Below are positions 1 to 10,180 of a DNA stretch of 64,000 bases, piece by piece. The stretch comes from Callorhinchus milii. Its lineage: Eukaryota. Within the stretch, counting starts at the first letter, position 1; every line of letters starts with the position of its first letter. Where the stretch lies: contig NW_024704793.1 of assembly GCF_018977255.1 (NCBI RefSeq), forward strand, positions 62,001 to 126,000. Direction: 5' to 3'. The position numbers were made by a program, and so were the translations under genes. Below the pieces are notes generated by a model, which ran no database searches, was not told where the DNA came from, and was given only the letters and a program-made list of their open reading frames with translations.

Positions 1-1339
1 AAAGCAGTTTATTAGGGTATCATGTTCATCAATCGAATTGGCTGCAGAGACTGGAAGAAAAGAGGGCAAATGCGAACGGGTTAAAGGGATACATAGGGAT
101 AGGTATGGGAAATGCTTCATAGTCGAGATATCCAAATATTAATTTCAGAAAAAATAACAATAATGCAAAAAATTCAGACCAAATGTTTTTCTGTGAAGGG
201 AATTTCTGTGTTCCAGGTTTTCTAATTTTCTTCAAAAAAATAAAACGGCAAAAGAATTATTGCATGAGTCAGTCTTTCTCTCTATAATTTTCAAATTAGT
301 ATATGAAAGATATCCTTATTAACTTTCTGTTTCCAGAAAATAGATTATCTGAGCAATAATCCATTGGTTCGGTATGGAGCTTTTCACAGCAAGGAGAAGT
401 TTCAAAGGACTTCAATATTGACTGAGAAGGGATAAGGACCAAAGATCTTAGCCTATAACAGCACAGCATATCCCCAGCAGAGCATTGCAGTGTATTTCAC
501 AAACATGAACTCCATTATTGTCATACGCAGATGTGGATTTGAGCACAAAAAACCTCTGCCTCAAGGATTGCGAATGTTGTTTGCCTGCCAAGTCAACAAG
601 AAGTCCTAATGAGCTTCACAGGTTAAGTTGTGAAGTCTGGGCCAACGCTGTAGCTCAACTGCCCACAGCTGGAATTTGGGTTTTATGGTCTTATATTGTG
701 GTGCTGCCCGGCTCAGATTGTCCAGCTCAGAACAGGCAGGAGATGAAGATCTATGCAAGTATGAAACAGATTGCACTCTCACATTGTGCTATAAGTACTA
801 CAACACAGAGCTGCCTGTTACTGTATTAGAATCGCCATGTGTCTGAAGCTGTGTCTGGGTGTGGAGCTGATCACTGGGGGACGGAAGCAGCTGCTGGTCA
901 CTGGAGCGAAAGAGCAATTCAAGCGCAAACATTGCTGCCCATTAGTTTTCTCAGCAAAATCCTAACTGAAGTTGGACAGTTCATTCAACAGCTTTAGTCT
1001 AATGCTGAGCTTCTGTGAATCTGAACAATGTGGTCAGAAGTCAAGACACACCTGACACAAAGGGAACAGCAAAGAGACGCATCAAACAGCTCACAAAATT
1101 TTATAATTTACTGATACTTCGAGAAAACAAATACAGAGATTAAGGAAGAGGTTCGGAACAAAAAATATACATCTTCAGATTCAAATCAAAAGACAGAGTA
1201 CAGCAGTTTCTGTCTTTCTGCATCATTACACCACAAAAATGGTAAACAGCAAATAAAATGTATCAGAGAGGCGTGATAGTACATCAAATAACAGCATTGT
1301 ATATTATTACCAAAAGGCACAATGTAAAATAAGCTAACA

Positions 1340-2045
1340 ATACAACAACAACAACAAGATTACATTCATGGAGCGCCTGTCACGTCGGGAGGACGTCCCA
1401 AAGCGCTGGACAGTTGTGTCAGGACTCGAGCAGGGAGGACATGGTCAGGGTGAGGGAGGGAAGGGACGGGGCGAGGAGTGAGTAGAGAGTTGAGAGGGGA
1501 GCTGAAGGTACGGTCAAAGAGAAACGACTTGAGACCGGCCTTGAAGGAGGAGAGGGAGGAAGCGGCGAAGGCACTGGGGATGGAGTTCCAGAGTTTGGGG
1601 CTGAGTGGCTGAATGCCACCGATGGTAGGGCGGTTGGGGCGGGGGATGTGGAGCAGACCGGAACCAGAGGAACGGAGGGTACGGGCAGGTAGGTAGGGGG
1701 ACAGTAGGTCGGAGAGGTAGGAGGGAGCGAGGCCGTGAATGGCCTTGTAGGTGAGGATGAGGATGTTGAATTCGATCCTCTGGGGGATGGGGAGCCAGTG
1801 GAGGGGAGCGAGGGTGGGAGTGATGTGGGCGCGGTGTCTGGTGCGGGATAGTACACGAGCTGCAGTGTTCTGAATGACCTGCAGTGTGGAGGGAGGTGCG
1901 GGAAGGTCGGCGAGGAAAGCGTTCCCATAGTCCAGCATTGAGGTGATAAAGGCGTGGACCAGAGTTTCAGCAGCGTGAGGGGTGAGGTAGTGCCGCAGTC
2001 TGGCGTTGTTTCGGAGAAAAGCAGGAAAAATAGGAAAAATTCCGA
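1340..2045 (-). mobile_element. L2-clade LINE 3' fragment (RT C-terminus plus 3' tail)
   Basis: ORF 1366-2049 has L2 motifs (HAFITSMLDYGN, LHWLPIPQRIEFNILILTYKAIHGLAPSYLSDLL, PKLWNSIP). The minus strand ends in the stem-loop agcgctttgggacgtcctcccgacgtgacaggcgct followed by (TTG)n. Confidence 0.92.
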
Positions 2046-2164
2046 GCAATAGGAAAAGTAACTGATTTGTTCAATCGGTGAAAACAGACATCAAATACTC
2101 TGTCACAAGAAATTGATGATAAACATGCAGATGAGGAACATCGGTGAAGCTGATGTTAAGAAAC

Positions 2165-2173
2165 TCATTTTAC
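2165..2173 (-). CDS. IGHM: IgM membrane exon TM2 (V-K-stop, completes the KVK cytoplasmic tail)
   Basis: Minus strand reads TTTATTTTTATTTTCCAG|GTA AAA TGA, a phase-0 acceptor matching the phase-0 donor of TM1. Confidence 0.85.
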   Translation of the reverse strand, partial: VK

Positions 2174-2264
2174 CTGGAAAATAAAAATAAAGTTACGGTG
2201 AATAATTTCAGACTGGGTGCAGAGTTAATATTTCCAGATTGTGTTATTTTTTTGTGCAAATCAC

Positions 2265-2350
2265 CCCCACTGACCACCACACCCACTACCCACTGGCACC
2301 CCGCTCCCCACCCGACCAACCCGCACCCCCCCACCCACCCCAACCCCGCA
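2265..2350. repeat. C-rich low-complexity tract (G-runs on the transcribed minus strand) in the TM1-TM2 intron
   Basis: Repeated cccacc/ccgcaccc units are visible in the sequence. Confidence 0.7.
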
Positions 2351-2705
2351 CACACAATTCTAACTGACACTGTGTCAATGGGTATCGGTCTGACAGGGAC
2401 TGACACAGGAAGAAAGACTTCGCTTTCAAGTATCCACAATATACTGAAAGATCCATCAAATCTGTAAATGAGTCTTGCTCCTTGCCTGTGTCTATACCAG
2501 GTAAGTATATGATTGGGTGTGTAAGGGTGACAGGATACGTACATCACCCTCACAGAGCTTGGTCAGATGGATCCTGTCCTGTAAGAACAGGAGGAGTTTC
2601 CCAGGACAGTCGCTGCAATGAGCATCACTATCAGTTTCGAAGGAACAGGTATTTAACAGCAGCTGTTACATCAGACCATAGCGTCTATGAATGTACTCTC
2701 CCCAC

Positions 2706-2836
2706 CTTAAACAGAGTGACTGTGGCGCTGTACAAAATACACAGGAAGAAGAGTATGATGAAGGTGGAAGCAGTCGGCCAGAGGTTGTCACTTTCATCTT
2801 TTTGAAAAACTTCCAGCGTCATCTCATTTGGGAAAT
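2706..2836 (-). CDS. IGHM: IgM membrane exon TM1: (D)FPNEMTLEVFQKDESDNLWPTASTFIILFFLCILYSATVTLFK
   Basis: Acceptor TCCTCGCAG|AT (phase 1) and donor AAG|GTGGGG. Ig CART-like transmembrane motif NLW-TASTFIILF..YS.TVTLFK. Translated by hand; not in the supplied ORF track. Confidence 0.93.
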
Positions 2837-2961
2837 CTGCGAGGATAACAAAAAGAAATGCATTCAGAGGGGATTGAAACCTGAGACATTTCCTCTTTTC
2901 ATTTCGATTATTATTGTATACAATGTTTCCCAGTTGACCATGGGCTCACTCCCTCTGTTGG

Positions 2962-3296
2962 GGAGTCCTGTAGCTCAGTTGTTAGAGCACTCGCTTTGCA
3001 AGCGAGAGACCTGAGTTCAATTCCAGGCAGAGGGCGAAACCTTTGGTAAGTTTCCTTACTCCACACAGAGCCTAATAATAATCCCTCCAAAACAAACAAA
3101 CAAAAAAAACAATAATAAATTGGTCATTTTCAATCTGCGACTGTTTGTGGGACATTGCTGTGCGCAATTGGCTGCCGCGTTCGCCCACAAATATACAGTC
3201 AATTCACTTTACAGTGTGTTCTGTGAAGCGCTTTGAGACGTCCTCCCGACGTGAAAAGCGCTGTATCAAATGCAAGGATTATTATTATTATTATTG
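2962..3296 (+). mobile_element. Full-length tRNA-headed SINE with Deu-like core and L2-derived tail
   Basis: tRNA-like head gtagctcagttgttagagcactcgctttgcaag...gagttcaattcc; core tgtttgtgggacattgctgtgcgcaattggctgccgcgtt; tail aagcgctttgagacgtcctcccgacgtgaaaagcgct followed by (ATT)n. Confidence 0.92.
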
Positions 3297-3487
3297 AACT
3301 GCACACAACATCCTGCTGAAACTTCAAATCGTTTAAGAGAGATAAAGCAGAAATTGATTTTATTGTTCGTAGAATTGTTCCAAAGTAAAATTGTATCCAA
3401 AAGAGATTTTTGGCAACACGTTGGCATACTAAATTTAAGGAAATGCAAAAGCTCGGAAATTGCGATCTACAAATCTATAATCAAAGA

Positions 3488-3615
3488 TCTGCTGCCGTGT
3501 TTCGCCCACAACATACACAGTCAATTCACTTTACAGTAAATTCTTCGAATGGCTTTGAGAAGTCTTGAAGACGCGATAATGCGCTATATGAAATGTAAGG
3601 ATTATGATGATTATT
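3488..3615 (+). mobile_element. 3' fragment of the same SINE family
   Basis: ctgccgtgtttcgcccacaacatacacagtcaattcactttacag...gcgctatatgaaatgtaaggattatgatgatt matches the 3' half of the SINE. Confidence 0.75.
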
Positions 3616-4624
3616 AATGTTATTATGTATATCTATATGGATATCGACTCTGCCTTTTTATTGTAAAATGACATCCCTAGATGCTTATCCTGGTTTCTAT
3701 CGTTACAATCGTCTTTCACTATATCAGTCTTTCAAAATCTTCATACATTTTAAAAATTGTGTGTAATACTCTTCCATTTTGTTTCTGTTATCTTTTTGTG
3801 AGAACAGCCACAAAATTTGAAGCTAATCCTCATCACGGTAATGCCAATCACAGGGATCATCATTGTGATCTTTGTGAACTGCCCTAAATGCTCTAAGCGG
3901 CTCTTGTGTCCTTTGTATAATATTGTCCAGAAATGCTCGCAGTGCTCCACCACACAGTCCTGCTAACTTCACGCATAAATGTCAATCAATTTCCCAGGTG
4001 AAAAACACTGAATCCATTATTATAATCCTTCGATATTCAACGACATCAACATATACTCCAAGTTTTCTTCATTCCACTTATAATAAAATTATTTTGCTGT
4101 AATTCCTTTAGTGATTATTTCTCTTAAATATACTTCCAAAAAAACTGAATCAATATCGAACTTCGCTCAATGCTCTGCAACCTTAGGCAATTTCCCATGT
4201 TATTCATGATTTTGTCCCTGAACCAAATTAACAATATTTTTATAAATGGGTCCGTGCCTGCATTAAAATCGTTAAAATTCTTGTGAAGCAGTAGTGGATC
4301 CGGCACAAAAGAATGGGTAAATCAACTGAAGAGATTGAGGATTAAGTGTAACAGCATTCATCCTTGAGCTTTATTGTTAAACACCGTTGCTGCATGTGGC
4401 CATGTGAGACTGATTGGATTAGGGATGAGTTACCGACGCTCACTATCAAGGTGTTGTTTTCCATTTTAGAGAGCAAAAACTTGTATCGTACTCTCAAAAA
4501 TCTGCAGATTAGCCTCAAGTAAAATGGTGACATGGTGCAGTATGAGTCAAAGCAATGTATAGAAGGGGAGAAGCCAGTTTCCTGACTACGTGAGTGTCCT
4601 ACTTGGTCAAGTGTCACAGCAACG

Positions 4625-4920
4625 CAGTTTTGTGTGAGTGTTTGCGTGTATGCGTGGACCACGGTGGATGTGGGAGTGTGTGGATGTGTGTTGATGGCCT
4701 GGGTGGATGTGAGTGTGAGTGAAGTGTCGGTCTGGGTGGGTATGAGTGTGTGTGGGTCCAGGTGGATGTGACTGTGAGTGAATGTGTGTTGGTCTGGGTG
4801 AGTGTGAGTAGGCCTGTGTGGATATGAGTTTAAGTGGGTATTAGTGTGCACGGATGTCAATATGAATGAGTGTCTTTGTTCAAAATGTACAAGTATGGCT
4901 GAGTGTGTGTTTAAGTGAAT
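4625..4920. repeat. Degenerate (GT)n-rich simple repeat
   Basis: Continuous gtgtg/gagtgt runs. These explain the spurious His/Thr-rich ORF 4342-4860. Confidence 0.85.
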
Positions 4921-5375
4921 ATGTTGCTGCAGCAGAATCTGTATCTCTCCGTAAGAAGCATTTATTTAAAAAGGAAATGTAGCAGAAAAGGCCATAGTTT
5001 GCATCCGAGATGTATTTAGGCGTGGAAAGTGATATTATTCAATGCAAATGTATTCTGGAAGGGAAGAGGTTTAGCTTTCCCACACAATTCCAAAAGATGC
5101 TGTTAACAAAATTCGTTATGAGCGTGGATTGTATCTGGTGATGTAGAATGATTTGGGAATGTTCTATTAACGTTTTTTTGCTGTTGCACCGGGTGTATAT
5201 AAGTAGTGGAAATCAATCCCCTGCTTTCGAAAAGCCAAACCAAACTCACTGTTTTACTAACTTGATACTAACATCGCTACAAACAAATGATGTATAACTG
5301 CTCACTCCGGAAGTTGTCTGTGTAATTAATTGGAAATCATCCCCTCTGTGTCTGACACATAAATAAACAATGATC

Positions 5376-5381
5376 TTTATT
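5376..5381 (-). terminator. Polyadenylation signal of secretory IgM
   Basis: AATAAA on the minus strand (plus tttatt), ~90 nt downstream of the secretory stop codon. Confidence 0.75.
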
Positions 5382-5469
5382 TGAGTTACTTTTTCATGAC
5401 TTCAAACTGACAGTGTTGCGGTAGGGAGGCGGGTGCTCAATAAGTAAGCACAACGCTATTTAGAGACAC

Positions 5470-5861
5470 TCATTGACAAGCATTCGCGGTGTCCATCAGG
5501 ACAAGAGAAATGTTTACAAAACTCGGTTTACCGCTGGATTTATTAACGACTCTGGTCAGGGTCTTCAGTGGGAAAGTTTCATGTCCGACCACACAGGAGA
5601 AGGAATAGCCGCGGTCCCACTCTCGGGCTGAGATGGATAACATGCTGTACATGGAGGTGTTGCCATCTGAACTTTCTGCCATCAACTCGGTGTTCTTGTA
5701 TTTGTTGCCATCAATCAAATGGTCATTCACAGTCCACTCCACAAATATCTCTTTGGGAGAGAAGTCCTTCACCAGGCAGCTGAGGGTGACAGTCTGCTGA
5801 GCAGACAATTCTTCTGCCGAGGGGAGGAGCAGGTACACTGAAGGTTGTTTCGTGTACCCAA
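5470..5861 (-). CDS. IGHM: IgM Cmu4 exon (5532-5861) plus contiguous secretory tailpiece (5470-5531)
   Basis: Acceptor TTCCCACAG|TT (phase 1). Reads VGYTKQPSVYLLLPSAEELSAQQTVTLSCLVKDFSPKEIFVEW...YSFSCVVGHETFPLK. Internal donor AGC G|GTAAAC for the membrane form. Tail GKPSFVNISLVLMDTANACQ has an N-glycan sequon and a penultimate Cys. Confidence 0.97.
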
Positions 5862-6343
5862 CTGTGGGAAGAACACAATCAAATCAATACACTGATGTCG
5901 AGAATAAGAAAAAACCTTCAAGTACGAGATACCGCAGAAGAAGCTGATTATAATGTGTGTCACTGTTCAGTCTGTGCTCAGTGATTTTTAATTGTTGGTG
6001 TGACTGCGAACACTTCTATAGATTGAAATTTCCCAACAGCACTTTATTATCTCTACTGAGTGACCATTGGTGTAGACCATTGGTTCCATTTCTCCCCGAA
6101 AACCTGTGTTGATATCGTCCAGGTATGACGATTAGATTATTTTTCACAGTATTTTTGTGAGAGAATCTGCTTATCAAATTATACCTGTAAACATTTCTGG
6201 CCATTGTGAGGGAAGAAAATCTATCAACAGATTTAAAAGCACAGACAGACTGTTTATAATTGTTTTCACAATCTTATCTGTTGCCAACGTTATGAAATTG
6301 CAATAAAAAGCAATTCTTGCATTTCCAGATACTAGCTGCTCAC

Positions 6344-6652
6344 CTTGCCCCTTAGATATCTTTCCTCTTTTCGGAGTCGGCATGTCGTCATGGCTGGCAA
6401 CGCAGAAGTATACTTTCCCACTGGTCCAGTCTTGTGTAGAAATGTTTAATTTACTGATCACTTCCTTAGGCTCAGTGGCAGACGGTTTCCCATATCCAGA
6501 CTGTAAATGTGTCTGTTCATTTGTCCAAGTCACGTTGACGTCAAGTGGTGCATTAGTCACTACACATGTCAGCGTTACAGTGCATTCCATCAACACTTGT
6601 TTCGGTGAAGGTGGCAGGAAAGAAACCTTGACTTGTTCAAGACACCCACCAC
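6344..6652 (-). CDS. IGHM: IgM Cmu3 exon
   Basis: Acceptor TTTTCTAG|GT, donor CAA G|GTGAG, 309 nt. Reads GGGCLEQVKVSFLPPSPKQVLMECTVTLTCVVTNAPLDVNVTW...YFCVASHDDMPTP. Confidence 0.96.
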
Positions 6653-6729
6653 CTAGAAAAGGAAAAAACACTTGAAACCAAGTAGCAGCCAATATCCAGG
6701 TTTTCATATTTGATCAAGTTAAGCAATAC

Positions 6730-7055
6730 TGTACGTGAACATTGTCACGTTCTGGTTGTGTTGAACACACACCGCTGTTCCGTGATATTTTTGTCAGTTG
6801 GTATTGGAATCATTTACTGGAAAGAAGAACAATCTTCTTTGAAACACGGCGTGATATTTGGCCGATTGATTTCCAGTTCCCTCCGATTGACAACTGCTCA
6901 GCACTAGATATATACATTAGATGAGTTGTAACACTGCAGTCTGCATTTAGCTGTATATCTGCTCGGAAGGAACAAACTGTGATCAGGAACTTCAGCGAAA
7001 GTGGACGTGGAGGAAAATTGTGGAATATGGGAATTACAGCCACAGTCAGGTGGAT
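6730..7055 (-). pseudogene. Possible cryptic or degenerate Ig C1-set exon in the Cmu2-Cmu3 intron
   Basis: Phase-1 acceptor TTCTCACAG|AT; 50 open codons (DPPDCGCNSHIP...KCRLQCYNSSNVYI*). Reading through the stops gives two Cys 58 residues apart and, after a 1-nt slip, RC(V)VQHNQ. Manual pattern match only. Confidence 0.4.
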
Positions 7056-7343
7056 CTGTGAGAATTGCCAGATCTCCCTTTGAGCAGCAGATGAGAAAAC
7101 AGTGACACAGAGCGCCTGCCTGGCCCTCTCCTGATAATAGTGTGATGGATAATCGAGTCAAGGTTTATTCATGTTGTACAGATCGATAAACTTTGGTTCA
7201 AAGCTCACATGTGCATTGGGTCCAGTGAAATATACAGCATGATCTCAACCCAAAGTGCCCCAGAGCTCCCACAAGTGGACATTGGCAAGGAAACTGAGAG
7301 CTATGTTGTTGCCATGTTTATCAGCTGGTGCTGTGGCTCCTAC

Positions 7344-7658
7344 CTGGGTAGTACTTGGTGATGTTGTTGACAATGATCGTGTGTGTGGGGTCATGGGTTA
7401 CTTGGCAGGTGTACACGGAGCCGCTCTTCCACTCTCTGGCGGGGACAGTCAGACGGCTGCTGGTGCTGAATGTCCCATTGCCTTTAACCGAGGGAGAGGT
7501 CACAACACCTGAGTTGATGGGCTGCCAATCCTTCAGCCAATCCACCCTGAGATTGTCCGGACGGAAACCAGATATTAAGCAGACAACAGTGGCCGGTTTT
7601 TGCATTGCGATGTCATCAGGGGAAGACTGTGTGACGACAACAACGGGAGGCAACGGTC
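7344..7658 (-). CDS. IGHM: IgM Cmu2 exon
   Basis: Acceptor TCTTGCAG|GA, donor CCA G|GTAGG, 315 nt. Reads GPLPPVVVVTQSSPDDIAMQKPATVVCLISGFRPDNLRVDWLKD...WKSGSVYTCQVTH. Confidence 0.96.
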
Positions 7659-8299
7659 CTGCAAGATATTGAATAACAGGTTAGGTTTTGGTTTGGTGCA
7701 AATATTTTTTGATGTGCAATTGATATACATATTGAAACAGACATTGATCTCAGCCACGGGATGGATACTTCTCTCTCATTGAATTATCTCTTTCAATATT
7801 CTCATTGAATACCTCACTTTAGAAAGAGGAACATTGCAATCTCTTTAGTCATTACATCTGATATATTCTAATGGAGTCTAAAGTGGGCTTCGTGTTGAAA
7901 ACTCTTCTATTCTTCCCTACCATTTTGCTTATCATTGAGCGTTGCTCTAGCCTTGCTCTCCAAAGCTAGCTCGCTCAGCTTCTCAGAGTCCCACCTTCCC
8001 TCTCCCTAGTTTGTGGCTTATCTGTTTCATGTCATGTTTCTCCACTGTCTTCCTAGGTCCAACTTAACTGGTTGGAGTACTTTCTACCTGTTCATATATG
8101 CATACTATCTCCGCGTAAAGCAGCACTCGGGAAATGAGTGTAATATTATCATGCCATTGTAGATTCTCTGTGATGGGAGTATTCCAATACCTTGATGAAC
8201 AAAAGTGACATACCCACACCTGCAATGTTGAGTGTTCTGCCCTGAATAATATGGGAGCAAAACGTGTGATTGTTCTGTACCTTGGAGAACAACACTGAC

Positions 8300-8608
8300 C
8301 TTCCAAGGGGATTTCCACGGCTGGCCAGCTGTTGCTTTTATGTGAAACCTTGCAATGGATGTTGCTGTTTCCCAGCTGGGATTCAGCGATTGTTAACTGA
8401 CTGCTCACAGTGTGGAGACCGTTCCTGTTGAGCACTGAGGGATAAGTCTTGACTTGTTCAGTGATGAGCTGCTTATCTGATGTCCAGGTGAAAATGGCCG
8501 GATCGGGGCTGTAGCTGGAGGCAAGACACCCGACAGTCACTGAGCCTCCAGAAGCGGATTCTCCACAGGATGCCAGCAGGGCGTAAAGTCTGGGAGGAGT
8601 AGGTACAG
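8300..8608 (-). CDS. IGHM: IgM Cmu1 exon
   Basis: Acceptor TTTTCCAG|CT, donor GAA G|GTCAGT, 309 nt. Reads AVPTPPRLYALLASCGESASGGSVTVGCLASSYSPDPAIFTW...KTYPSVLN...IHCKVSH; the light-chain-pairing Cys (ASC) is present. Confidence 0.96.
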
Positions 8609-8709
8609 CTGGAAAACAAGAGGATAGTTAGATATGAAGTTCTACGCTTCTCAAACTTGGACAGACACGCAGATAAACTAAAGCAAAACTGACACAAATC
8701 AATGAAAAT

Positions 8710-8810
8710 ATGTGTGTATGTGTGTGGTGTGTGTGGGAATGTATATCTCTGTATGTATTTGTGTATGCAATTTTTGTTTGAGTGTATGTTTATGTATGCA
8801 GGTATGTCAA
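8710..8810. repeat. (TG/TATG)n simple repeat in the JH-Cmu1 intron
   Basis: Seen directly. Confidence 0.8.
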
Positions 8811-8864
8811 GAATCAGTATGTCTTGTTCGACGCTCAGCTGTTTTACTTCCCCACATTCAAGCC

Positions 8865-9345
8865 ATGACCCCGCTCTGCGTAACATCGCCCGACTCCACC
8901 ACTACCTCACCTTTCAGGCCGCTGAACCTCTTGTTCAGACCTTCATCACCTTCAGGCTCGATTATGCAAGCGACGTGTTTGACGGCCTTCCCAACTCCTC
9001 CTTTCACAGACTACAGATTATCCGGAACTCTGCAGCCCGTTTCCTCTCACGCCACACACTCCTTGACCCATCCCCCCACTCTCGCCGAACTCCATCCGCT
9101 GTCCATCCTTCAGAGGATCCTGTTCATGGTCATGATCCTCCCCTACAAATGCCTCCATGGCATCGCACCACCTAACTGACTCCCTCCTACCTAACCGCCT
9201 ACAATTCGCCCGCTCCCATGCTCAGCCGGCTCTGGGCTGCCCCAATTACCTCACCCACCCGCCCCACCATTACCTCGGGAGCCTTCAGCCATGAGCACAA
9301 CCTCTGGAATTCCATCCCGCAGTCACTCCGCCTCAAACCTCCTTA
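8865..9345 (+). mobile_element. L2 LINE RT C-terminal fragment
   Basis: AAEPLVQTFITFRLDYASDVFDGLP...LQIIRNSAARFL and LHPLSILQRILF..YKCLHGIAP, split by frameshifts. Confidence 0.88.
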
Positions 9346-9857
9346 TGCTGGTTCGAGACCGAAGTTTTCATAGATGATATTTAAAGAATAACTTATTCTT
9401 AATTTATTTGGAATTTTTGTCATCATTTTACTACACGAATAACTGTGCGTTTTGGGATCTGTTTCATCTGGCTCCACCGATCATCCACTTGATGGTATTT
9501 AGGACGGTGACGTTTCTCCAGCAAAGCAAAACCAATGCTAAAGATACTCAGCCATGGTGCAGAACAAAGTTAGTGTGAAATAAATGTTTAATGCCATCAG
9601 AGTCATTAACTTCTCAGAGATTGATGGGAGAAGTGAGAGTGTTGGGCAGGGCCTTGGATGAGACACAGGAGTAGCAGGAATTTCTCGAATTGTTTCTGAT
9701 ATGTTGACAACAATATTTATTCGAATTTGAATTTCCAGAAGAAAATGGAGGAGCATTTTGAGGATAAAATGAATCGCTGGATAGAGCCGGGCTATCTTCC
9801 TGGTGGGCGGGAAGTAGGAGCCGAATTGGCTCCTTATCGACACATTTGGCCCTTTAG

Positions 9858-10180
9858 TGGAGTCCTATAGCTCAGTGGTTAGAGCACTCGCTTTGCAAGT
9901 GAGAGACCTGAGTTCAATTCCAGGCAGGGCGAAACCTTGGGCAAGTTTCCTTACTCCACACTCCTAATAATAATCCCTCCAAATGAACAAAACAATAATA
10001 AATTGGTCATTTTCAATCCATGACAATGTTGCGACATTGCTGTGCGCAATGGGCTGCCGCTTTCGCGCATAAATATACAGACAACTCACTTTACAGTATA
10101 TTTTTGTGAAGCGATTCGGGACGTCTAGAAGACGTGAAAAGCGCTATATCAAATGCAAGGATTTTTATATTATTATAATT
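9858..10180 (+). mobile_element. Full-length SINE (same family) in the JH-Cmu1 intron
   Basis: Head, core and tail align with the copy at 2962-3296. Confidence 0.9.

Noticed and set aside
29-235. Hydrophobic ORF NIWSEFFALLLFFLKLIFG as a second, TCR-like TM exon
   Set aside because: AT-rich sequence with no convincing splice sites or CART residues. The true TM1 and TM2 were found at 2706-2836 and 2165-2173.
565-612. Plus-strand GLRMLFA, identical to part of the TCR-delta transmembrane segment
   Set aside because: A seven-residue match with non-hydrophobic flanks, an immediate stop and the opposite strand to IgH; most likely chance.
2962-3035. tRNA-Ala(TGC)-like sequences at 2962, 9858, 19016, 45078 and 48378
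   Set aside because: They are SINE heads: no paired acceptor stem, and each continues into the SINE core and tail.
4342-4860. 172-aa ORF, and similar long Pro/Ser- or Gly/Arg-rich ORFs (1419-1928, 26262-26822, 27116-27592)
   Set aside because: These arise from simple repeats or from alternative and antisense frames of L2 elements.
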